The position numbers and the translations under genes are program-made. A DNA stretch of 64,000 nt from Candidatus Multivoradales bacterium (GTDB lineage: Bacteria; Acidobacteriota; Thermoanaerobaculia; Multivoradales; Multivoraceae): the NCBI GenBank assembly GCA_965223325.1, contig CBDCWI010000001.1, positions 1,312,001 through 1,376,000 on the forward strand. The letters are read 5' to 3'. Below the pieces are notes generated by a model. It saw only the letters and a program-made list of their open reading frames with translations. It searched no databases and had not been told where the DNA came from. Positions 56,588 to 64,000 of the stretch are shown in pieces (position 1 is the first letter of the stretch; every line of letters begins with the position of its first letter).

Positions 56588-57958
56588 TCAGTCGGCGTCG
56601 GTGCTCTCGCCATCCGGCTCTTCGCTGACTCCCTCATGCAGACCGAAGTGCTTCTCGAGCACCTCGGCGATCGTCAGTTGGCGCGAGTCGGTCGCCGAGT
56701 AGGTGACGTAGCCGAGCATCATCTCGTCCCAGGTCTCGGGGCCCCAGTCCATGGCAATGTCCGGGTTGGGGTTGTTGGGGTTCTCATCCGAGTTGTCGTA
56801 GTGCACGCTGTATTCGAGGCGCGTACCGGCAGGCAACTCGAGCGGCTCGGCGAAGGAGTAGTCGGTCTGCCAGTTGAAGTCCCACACCGGCACCGAAAGG
56901 ATCTCCCGGCGCGTACCATCTGGATAGATCGCTTCGTACCTGGCGTCGCGACCACGCAGATGCATATGCGGGTGCATGGCGATCAGGGTGGTGTCTTCTT
57001 CGAACACTCGGGCGGCACCGACCTTCCAGTTCGGGTGGCCGGGAGGGATCTCGAACCAACGGTTACCGATCGCGTTGTGTTCGACGAAGTGCTCGATGGC
57101 AGCGTCCTCGTCGTAGAAACGGAAGGCCACCTGCGACTCATCCCAGACGCCGGTGCCCTCGCCCTTCTCCTTGTGATAGTGCATCGAAAAGACGATCTTC
57201 GACCCCGCGATGAGCAGCTTGGCGTAGCCATCGGGGAAGATCATTGGCTCTTCGCCCGGGGCGATTGACCCGAGACCGTAGGCCTTGGTGCGGTCGCCTT
57301 CAGCCCCTGGCGGATAGCCATAGCCGACGATGTGATGAACCGGCTCCGAGCCGCCGCGCCACTCAATGCCTTTGATCCAACGACTGGCTGGCAGCATGTC
57401 TTCGGTGACTTCGACGACCAACTGCTCGTAGTGGGTATCGGCGTCATCGGGCACGAAGAACCGCGGCGCGGTGACGACGAGGTCGGGCTTGCCGATTCGC
57501 CAGCCGTGATCGGAGAACTCGAGCGATGGCGGCGCGTCGGCGATGTCGCCAGCAGGCGCGCCAGTCTGCGCCCAACGGACGACGGTCTCGATCTCTTCGT
57601 CGGCAAGGGTGCGCTCGTTCTTGAACACCCCGTGGTACTTCGAATCGGCGTACCAGGGCGGCATGAGGCGGGCCTTGACGTTCTTGGCGATCGACCGCGC
57701 CCACGGTCGCGTTTCCTCGTAGGTCATGAGCGACATCGGCGCCACCATGCCGGTGTAGTTGTCGCCACCGGCGCGATGGCACGCCTGGCAGTTCTCCTGC
57801 AAGATCGGCAGGACGTCACGATGGAAGGTCGGCTGGGCGGCTACGTCCTTGTTGGTGCTCGGCTCGCTCGACGACACGGCGGCTGTGGGGCCAACAAACA
57901 GGGCAGTGGCCAGCACGATCCCGGCAAGCGTGGACGTGAGCGTACGGTGCTTGAACAT
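56588..57958 (-). CDS. Secreted haem-c plus copper type II monooxygenase-like protein
   Basis: CQACH haem motif, MPPW, VHH, MHYH, HPHMHLRG, WDFNWQ, DEMM. Confidence 0.8.
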   Translation of the reverse strand: MFKHRTLTSTLAGIVLATALFVGPTAAVSSSEPSTNKDVAAQPTFHRDVLPILQENCQACHRAGGDNYTGMVAPMSLMTYEETRPWARSIAKNVKARLMPPWYADSKYHGVFKNERTLADEEIETVVRWAQTGAPAGDIADAPPSLEFSDHGWRIGKPDLVVTAPRFFVPDDADTHYEQLVVEVTEDMLPASRWIKGIEWRGGSEPVHHIVGYGYPPGAEGDRTKAYGLGSIAPGEEPMIFPDGYAKLLIAGSKIVFSMHYHKEKGEGTGVWDESQVAFRFYDEDAAIEHFVEHNAIGNRWFEIPPGHPNWKVGAARVFEEDTTLIAMHPHMHLRGRDARYEAIYPDGTRREILSVPVWDFNWQTDYSFAEPLELPAGTRLEYSVHYDNSDENPNNPNPDIAMDWGPETWDEMMLGYVTYSATDSRQLTIAEVLEKHFGLHEGVSEEPDGESTDAD

Positions 57959-58048
57959 CGGTAGCCTCCAGTGCGCGCGCTGCGCATTGATCGCAAGTTC
58001 TGCAGATTGTCTCAGGCCACGGCAGAAGCCGTCAAACCGACCCTCGAC

Positions 58049-60400
58049 TCAGAAGCTGAGTTTGAGTGAAAGACTGATGTCACGACCGGGAAGTGGCACG
58101 TTGTCCTTCAGATACGAGGTGTGCCGGCGGGCTTCTTCGTTGGTGAGATTGCGTGCCCGCAGCAACAGGTCGAAGACCTGGTTGCCAACGAACACCCGGT
58201 GGCCGACGCTGGCGTTCACCATAGAGTAGCCGTCGGTCGGCGTTTCGTTCGGCGCCAGGTTGGTCGCGTCGTCCGTCCAGCGTAGCTCGACCATCCCATT
58301 CCAGCGCGTGCTATGGAGGTGCAGGCCGCTCCACGCTCGCCGCGGAGGAATGCGCGGCAGGTTCTGATTGCCGTCGTCGAGAGTCGCCCGCACGTAGTCG
58401 CCGCCGAGACTGAGGTGAAGGTCGGCGCCGTTCTCCCACTCGACTAGCTCGACCCGCCCGGTGAGCTCCACACCTTCGAACGTCGCGTCGTTCTGGGTAA
58501 AGAGCACCACCGGTAGACCGTCCTCCTCGAGGCCGGTCGGCGCTTCGTAGATGTAGTCATCGAACCGGTTGTGAAACAGCGTGACCTCGCCCTGTACTAC
58601 GCCCTGGGTTCGTCGCAGGGAGAGATCGAGACCCAGGCTGGTCTCTTCGCCGAGCTCGGAGTTGCCGACTTCGAAGGTCTGGGTCGCCAGGTGCGGACCG
58701 TCGGAAAACAGCTCCTCGGTGATCGGTAGCTTGACCGAGCGCGCCAGCGAACTCGCCAGTGACCAGCCCTCAGACAGCTTCCACACCACGCCCACGGAGG
58801 AACTGAGGCCGCTGTGTGAGACGTCTCCTCGACCCACTGCCTCGAGGTCCTGATCTTCGTAGCGCGCACCGAACTGCCAGGTGACCGGGCCAGCCTCGAT
58901 CTCCTGAAAGGTGAACAACGACATGCGCTTCGCCGTGCTGGCTGGAATGAAGGCTTCCGCGCCGATGGCCTCGAGCTCACGCATCGTGAACTGCAACCCG
59001 ACCGAACCCGACGATCTGGCCCTTTCCTTCTGAACCAGTTCCACCCGTCCGTCAAACGATTCGTTGAAGAAGCGAGTTCCGATCTCGTCGCCTTCGAGCT
59101 CGACGTGCTCGTAGTCGGTCACGCCGATCCGCCCACGCCATCCCCGGAAGATCGAGAACGGCTGGTTGATCTCAGAACGCAGGTCGACCCGTCGCTGCCG
59201 CATGTCGATGCGCACGGGCGCTTCCTCGTCCTCTTCGCCATCGTGATCGTCGTCATCATCATGATCATCGTCGTGGTCATCGTCGTGATCGTCCTCGTCC
59301 CCGTGGTGATGCGCGCCCTCACCCGGTATCCCGTAGTTGGTGTCGAAGCCCGCCACTGAAATACCGAGGAAGCCCCGGTCCCCGAAAAAGCGGGTCACGC
59401 CCAGGCGGCCGCTTTCGGTCTCCAGGTCGCTGTTGGGCAAACGATCGAGCGGTTCCTCGTCGCCGTCAATGTCGGCCGAACCAGGAATGTCATAGTCCCC
59501 GGCATCTCGGGCGCTCACCCCGAAGTGATAGGCCCAGTCGCCAGACCCGCCTTCGAGGAGGAGAGCGGCTGCCTTTTCGTCTGCCACGGAGGCGGCGCGC
59601 ACTTCAACACTGCCCGAGATTGGCTCGATCGCGCGATAGGTCGGAATCCTCTCGTCGACGACATTGACCGCACCACCGATGGCACTCGAACCGTAGAGCA
59701 GCGTCGATGGCCCGCGGAGAACCTCGATACTGTCGGCGAGCATGGTGTCGGAGGCCACCGCGTGGTCGGCACTGACCGCAGAGGCGTCTCCTATGTCGAC
59801 GCCGCCCTCGAGAACGCGCACCCGGTCGCCCGACTGCCCGCGAACGATCGGACGGCTGGCACCCTGACCGAAAGACGTGGAGCTCACCCCGGCGAGTCCG
59901 TCGAGTGTCTCGCCGAGCGTCGCTTGGCGTTTGAGGTCGAGCTCGAGCCCGACCAGCGAGTCGATCGGTTGCGCCATCTCCAGCGCCAGGCGCGCCTCAC
60001 CAGCACTGACGACCACCTCGTCCTTGTGGCTGGTGACCCCAAGGGCAATGTCGACCTCTGCGCTCTCCCCAGCGACCACCTCGACACGAGCAACGCCGGC
60101 CCCGCCCGGGCCGCTCGCCTGCAGCAAATAGGAACCCGTGGGAACGTCGGCGAACGAAAAGGTGCCGTCGGCAGCGACGGCCACCTGGCGACCGAGCTCA
60201 ACCAGGCGAACTTCGACGAGGGCAATACCTTCGCCAGATTCGTGGCGGTCAGCATGCCGGTCATGAACGACCCGCCCTTCGATCGCACCGAGCTCCTCGG
60301 CACTGAGCGACCCGGGAACGACCGAAAGGATGAGAAGCAGCTGGCAAGCGCCAAACAGACTCCGGATCAACTGTCTCGCATTCCAATACATCATCATCAT
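58049..60400 (-). CDS. TonB-dependent receptor, ZnuD-like, with His/Asp-rich loop
   Basis: Plug SRPIVRG...IEVLRGPSTLLYGSSAIGGAVNV, GPHLAT, HHHGDEDDHDDDH loop, terminal Phe. Confidence 0.93.
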   Translation of the reverse strand: MMMMYWNARQLIRSLFGACQLLLILSVVPGSLSAEELGAIEGRVVHDRHADRHESGEGIALVEVRLVELGRQVAVAADGTFSFADVPTGSYLLQASGPGGAGVARVEVVAGESAEVDIALGVTSHKDEVVVSAGEARLALEMAQPIDSLVGLELDLKRQATLGETLDGLAGVSSTSFGQGASRPIVRGQSGDRVRVLEGGVDIGDASAVSADHAVASDTMLADSIEVLRGPSTLLYGSSAIGGAVNVVDERIPTYRAIEPISGSVEVRAASVADEKAAALLLEGGSGDWAYHFGVSARDAGDYDIPGSADIDGDEEPLDRLPNSDLETESGRLGVTRFFGDRGFLGISVAGFDTNYGIPGEGAHHHGDEDDHDDDHDDDHDDDDDHDGEEDEEAPVRIDMRQRRVDLRSEINQPFSIFRGWRGRIGVTDYEHVELEGDEIGTRFFNESFDGRVELVQKERARSSGSVGLQFTMRELEAIGAEAFIPASTAKRMSLFTFQEIEAGPVTWQFGARYEDQDLEAVGRGDVSHSGLSSSVGVVWKLSEGWSLASSLARSVKLPITEELFSDGPHLATQTFEVGNSELGEETSLGLDLSLRRTQGVVQGEVTLFHNRFDDYIYEAPTGLEEDGLPVVLFTQNDATFEGVELTGRVELVEWENGADLHLSLGGDYVRATLDDGNQNLPRIPPRRAWSGLHLHSTRWNGMVELRWTDDATNLAPNETPTDGYSMVNASVGHRVFVGNQVFDLLLRARNLTNEEARRHTSYLKDNVPLPGRDISLSLKLSF

Positions 60401-60613
60401 GAGAACCTCCGCCGTTTGAGCCTCGTCACCGCCCTGGGTGTCTGACCCAGACGGAGGTGGATAGGCCCCGATTGTGTTCCGGGGTCACGTCGCTTCGCCC
60501 CACTCGCGTGAGAGCCGGAGCGACGGAGAACGTCGCGGTTCGACTGAGCGACCCACTGTGAGGCTCAGGAACCCTTTGACTCGCCTACTGGCGGTCAGCT
60601 ACGTGGCGACGGT

Positions 60614-61078
60614 CTAGAGCGCAACGGGCGGTCCCCGGCGGAGGGGAAGGGCGATCTGTTGGTCGGCGAAAGCTTCGGGTGCCCGACGCGCCAGCCGCTG
60701 ACTACCGTCGGCGTTGCCCCCGCGCGCCGGCACCGAGCGTTCGAGCGCCACACGGTGGGTGGACGCTGAATGACAAACGGCACAACCGTGGCGATGGGCG
60801 CGCGGCGAGCCGGTGAGCTGCGAGTGCCCGGGCTCGTCGGCATCGCGTTGTAGAAGGCCAGAGGATCTTGGTCCGCCGGCTTCGACGTGATCGAGGTTAC
60901 AGAGCGCGTCACCGACCGGCGCGACGGCCAGCGTGTCGTGATCATGAGCCCAGTCGAGCGGCCCGCTGCCGAGCACCAGGCAGGCGCCCACCACCGACCA
61001 CACGACCGCCCTGCAGGCCGATCTGAAGCAGTGTCGCGCGGTCTTCGAGGCCGACGCGCTCTTGATCAGACTCATCAC
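60614..61078 (-). CDS. DUF2946/CruR-like metal-sensing leader protein (CxxC...RGPP)
   Basis: TM/signal segment, HDHD, HRHGCAVCH, C-terminal RRGPP; directly upstream of the TonB receptor on the same strand. Confidence 0.72.
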   Translation of the reverse strand: MMSLIKSASASKTARHCFRSACRAVVWSVVGACLVLGSGPLDWAHDHDTLAVAPVGDALCNLDHVEAGGPRSSGLLQRDADEPGHSQLTGSPRAHRHGCAVCHSASTHRVALERSVPARGGNADGSQRLARRAPEAFADQQIALPLRRGPPVAL

Positions 61079-61096
61079 GCTGGCAATTCTACTAAA

Positions 61097-63136
61097 TCAA
61101 CGATCTGGGGGAAGCGTCAGTGCGACCAGCTCGGGCGGCGACCCCGCCACGGTGATCGCAACGTACTGACGCCCGTCGACGCGATAGGTCATTGGCGTGC
61201 CGATCGGGCGTGCCGGTAGCTCGACCTCTCCGACGACCGCGCCAGTCGCCTTGTCGCGTGCGACCAGAGCCCCGCGGCCGCTTGCTCGGCCACCCGGTGC
61301 CTCACCCTGGACGAGCAGCGTGCTGGTGACCAGAGGCCCGGTCACGCCGTCGCCTCCCAGAGGACCGAGCTCGAGCCCCGCCAGCGCTTCGTGGTTGCGG
61401 ATGTGATCACCATTGCCGGTCGGAACAGTCCAGAGAATCTCACCTCGCGCCAGATCAATCGCCGTCATGCGGGAGTACGGCGGCTTGAGAAGCGGCAGGC
61501 CCGCGGGGCCCCGCGGGCCACCCGCCGAGCGATGGGTATAGCGCACCGTGCCACCTTCGTCGGGGTCGGGCGAATAGAACTCGACGCCGCTCAGTGAATT
61601 GCGCGAGGGAACGAAGAGCACACCGGCTCGAGGATCGACGCCGGCCCCCCACCAGTTCGCGCCGCCACCGATTCCGGGGCGCTGGAGCGTGGCCCTCTTT
61701 CCTCCGGGAGTCTCGAGGATGGGTGGCGTAAACAGCGGCCCGAGGCGGTACTCGGCGGCAATCTCGAGCGCCGCCTGGCGCAGCTGGGGCGTGAAGTCGA
61801 TCAGGTCGTCCTCGCTGATTCCCTGGCTTTCGAAGGGCGGCGGCCGGGTCGGGAAGGGCTGGGTTGCCGACAGCTTCTCGCCGGGAATGTCGGAAGCGGC
61901 TACCGGGCGTTCTTCGATCGGCCAGATCGGTTCGCCGGTGGCACGATGGAACACGTAGGTGAAACCCTGCTTCGAAACCTGTGCCAGGAGCGGCACCGTC
62001 GCGCCGTCGATCTCGACGTCGACGAGGTTCGGCGCTGCCGGGAAGTCGTAGTCCCAGACCCCGTGATGAACCGCCTGGAAGTGCCACACCACCTCACCGG
62101 TTTCGGCGCGCACTGCGACGACACTCTCGGCGTAGAGGTTGTCGCCCGGGCGATGACCGCCGTAGAAGTCGTTGGTGGGCGTTCCAATCGGTAGATAGAC
62201 CAGCCCGAGCTCGGGATCGGCGCTCATCATCGTCCACACATTCGTGTTGCCGCTATAGCGCCAGGATTCCTCCTCCCAGGTTTCGTTGCCGGGCTCACCG
62301 GCCTGCGGAATGGTGTGGAAGGTCCACCGCAGTGCGCCGGTCCGCGCATCCCAGCCGCGTACGTCGCCGGGTGCCGCTTCCTTGGTGATCCGCCGATCGG
62401 CGATCGACGAACCGGTGACGATCACGTCGCCCACCACCAGTGGCGGCGAAGAGCTCGAGTAGGGCAAGGCGTTCAGGTAGTCGCGCTCGCTGCGCGCCGC
62501 GCCCCGAATGCCTGCGGTGAGATCGACGCGCCCGTTGTCGCCGAAGCCGAGGACGGGTCGACCGGTCGCGGCATCCACCGCCACCAACCAACCGTCGCCG
62601 GTTCCCCAGTAGATGCGACGGTCGCGTTCACCGTCACTCCAGGTCGCCACCCCGCGGTGGTTCCACAACAGACTCATCGTCGGAGTGCCGCTTTCGTAGG
62701 CCCGCGGGTCGAAGACCCATTCGGTCTCACCGGTCACCGCGTCGATGGCGGCGCCCTGGTAGAGCGGTGTGGCGAGGAAGAGCGTGCCGTCAATCGCCAG
62801 CGGAGTCGCCTTGAGACTGCTCAACCGCGGGGCAAGTCCGCCACGCCAGAGGTCGGGGTCGGCCGCATCGAGCTCCTCGAACAGCACCGACGACGGCCCC
62901 GTCCACGACCCTCCGGCCACTTCCCGCGACAGGAGCGCGTCCACCGAGCGCCAGCGCCAGGCGACTTCGAGGCGCGCGAAGTTCGATGCGTCGATGTCGG
63001 CCAGCGGTGAGTACTTGCTCGACGCCAGGTCGCCGCCATAGTGATGCCACTCACCCTCGGCCGATGGCTGGGCAGCCGCCGGCGCGGCGATCGACAGGGT
63101 GGCCAGTAGAACAGAGGTCAAGCTGTAGCGTGGCAT
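61097..63136 (-). CDS. PQQ-dependent (quinoprotein glucose-type) dehydrogenase, paralogue of 47027..49057
   Basis: EWHHYGGD, HFQAVHHGVWDYD, TQPFPTRPP, PMTYRVDGRQY. Confidence 0.92.
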   Translation of the reverse strand: MPRYSLTSVLLATLSIAAPAAAQPSAEGEWHHYGGDLASSKYSPLADIDASNFARLEVAWRWRSVDALLSREVAGGSWTGPSSVLFEELDAADPDLWRGGLAPRLSSLKATPLAIDGTLFLATPLYQGAAIDAVTGETEWVFDPRAYESGTPTMSLLWNHRGVATWSDGERDRRIYWGTGDGWLVAVDAATGRPVLGFGDNGRVDLTAGIRGAARSERDYLNALPYSSSSPPLVVGDVIVTGSSIADRRITKEAAPGDVRGWDARTGALRWTFHTIPQAGEPGNETWEEESWRYSGNTNVWTMMSADPELGLVYLPIGTPTNDFYGGHRPGDNLYAESVVAVRAETGEVVWHFQAVHHGVWDYDFPAAPNLVDVEIDGATVPLLAQVSKQGFTYVFHRATGEPIWPIEERPVAASDIPGEKLSATQPFPTRPPPFESQGISEDDLIDFTPQLRQAALEIAAEYRLGPLFTPPILETPGGKRATLQRPGIGGGANWWGAGVDPRAGVLFVPSRNSLSGVEFYSPDPDEGGTVRYTHRSAGGPRGPAGLPLLKPPYSRMTAIDLARGEILWTVPTGNGDHIRNHEALAGLELGPLGGDGVTGPLVTSTLLVQGEAPGGRASGRGALVARDKATGAVVGEVELPARPIGTPMTYRVDGRQYVAITVAGSPPELVALTLPPDR

Positions 63137-63256
63137 GCCACGGACGCTAGCACTCGCTGGCGGGCAACGCGGTCGGCGCCACGCTTCCTGATAAGGCCGG
63201 CTGACAGGGGGGTGCCTCGTGGGGGCCGGCTTTGCCGCAGCCAAAGCCCAACCGGG

Positions 63257-64000
63257 CTAACCCGTGGGGACGATCTTGCTCCAGGGGTCGATACCGTTCT
63301 CGAAGTCGTCGCGCGCGATGTAGGGGTCGAACTCATCCTGATGAATCAGAATGGGCGTTGCGTCCCAGAAGTCGATTCCATCCGGGTTGCGCAAACGATA
63401 GACCATTGCAGCATCGGCGCCGAGCTCGAACGGGAAACCGTCGAGCGTTGCACTGGCGGCGGTACCGTTCTCGATCGCCTGCTCGAACGCCAGGGCGTCA
63501 TCGCCGGTGATCTCGAACCATGAGTTCTCGACTCGCACCAGGACTTCGAGCAGCTCGGAAGCCGGGACCACTCCTCCACCGGCTTCGAGTTCGAGGCGTA
63601 GTTCATAGCCGTCGCCACTCGCACGATTGCTGCGCCGGCGATGGGCTGCGCAAGGGACGCACGGCCGGCTTCCGGGACTGGGGTTGAATGAAGTGGCGGC
63701 CTGGTCGGCGAAGCTCACTCCCAGGTCGGGAGCCTCGACCGCCGACAACACCAGGTGAAGGTTCTCGCTGGCGTTGAGAGCGTTACAGACCGCGGGGTGT
63801 AGGCCGATGGCCGTTTCGAGAATCCGGTTGGGAGCCTCGAGATCAGAGCCGGCAAGGATCTCGGTGCCCCGTACCAGGGCAGCGCGACCACCCATCAGGC
63901 GCGCCACGCCGAGTGGCGGGTACGGTTGGCCCGAGCGCAGGAAGTCGAGCGCTCCAGGCACCGCGTCTTCCCACGCCAGGAGCCACCCGGTGGCAAACGC
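63257..64000 (-). CDS. C-terminal part of an S8-like protein, paralogue of 698..2383; 5' end outside the window
   Basis: The frame is open to the window edge: AFATGWLLAWEDAVPGAL versus AFLSGWLTRWEDRSPGSL, and PSPGSRPCVPC versus PTPGSEFCVPC; ends DDFENGIDPWS. Confidence 0.7.
   Translation of the reverse strand, partial: AFATGWLLAWEDAVPGALDFLRSGQPYPPLGVARLMGGRAALVRGTEILAGSDLEAPNRILETAIGLHPAVCNALNASENLHLVLSAVEAPDLGVSFADQAATSFNPSPGSRPCVPCAAHRRRSNRASGDGYELRLELEAGGGVVPASELLEVLVRVENSWFEITGDDALAFEQAIENGTAASATLDGFPFELGADAAMVYRLRNPDGIDFWDATPILIHQDEFDPYIARDDFENGIDPWSKIVPTG

Noticed and set aside
60401-60613. Cobalamin riboswitch before the TonB receptor
   Set aside because: No B12-box or GGGAA/GCCACUG core recognised; the upstream RGPP leader explains the structure better.

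Overview
GC-rich (~65-67%, by eye) bacterial window. Acidobacterial-type VWA proteins, paired PQQ dehydrogenases and a recurring C-terminal FExG...WS motif suggest Acidobacteriota (Thermoanaerobaculia-like); this is an inference. Main contents: (i) a cobalt-type nitrile hydratase operon (nthB-nthA-accessory); (ii) a dispersed ~26 kb cell-surface glycan locus (rfbF, C-methyltransferase, rfbC, DUF4910, two paralogous GT-C-like membrane proteins, GT2, GT4, epimerases, methyltransferases, acetyltransferase); (iii) inside that locus, a stand-alone NHLP-leader, double-glycine RiPP precursor with its own sigma54-type promoter and terminator but no recognisable maturase nearby; (iv) an SPFH pair, a nucleoside hydrolase/MtnK-like pair and assorted hydrolases; (v) a DUF2946/CruR-like CxxC...RGPP leader ORF, a structured intergenic region, a His/Asp-loop TonB receptor and a haem-c/Cu-monooxygenase-like gene; (vi) two paralogous, unusual subtilase-like proteins, one at each end of the window, which share a C-terminal tag with a third secreted protein. 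No rRNA, tRNA, CRISPR array or mobile element was recognised. All calls come from reading motifs by eye, with no database searches.
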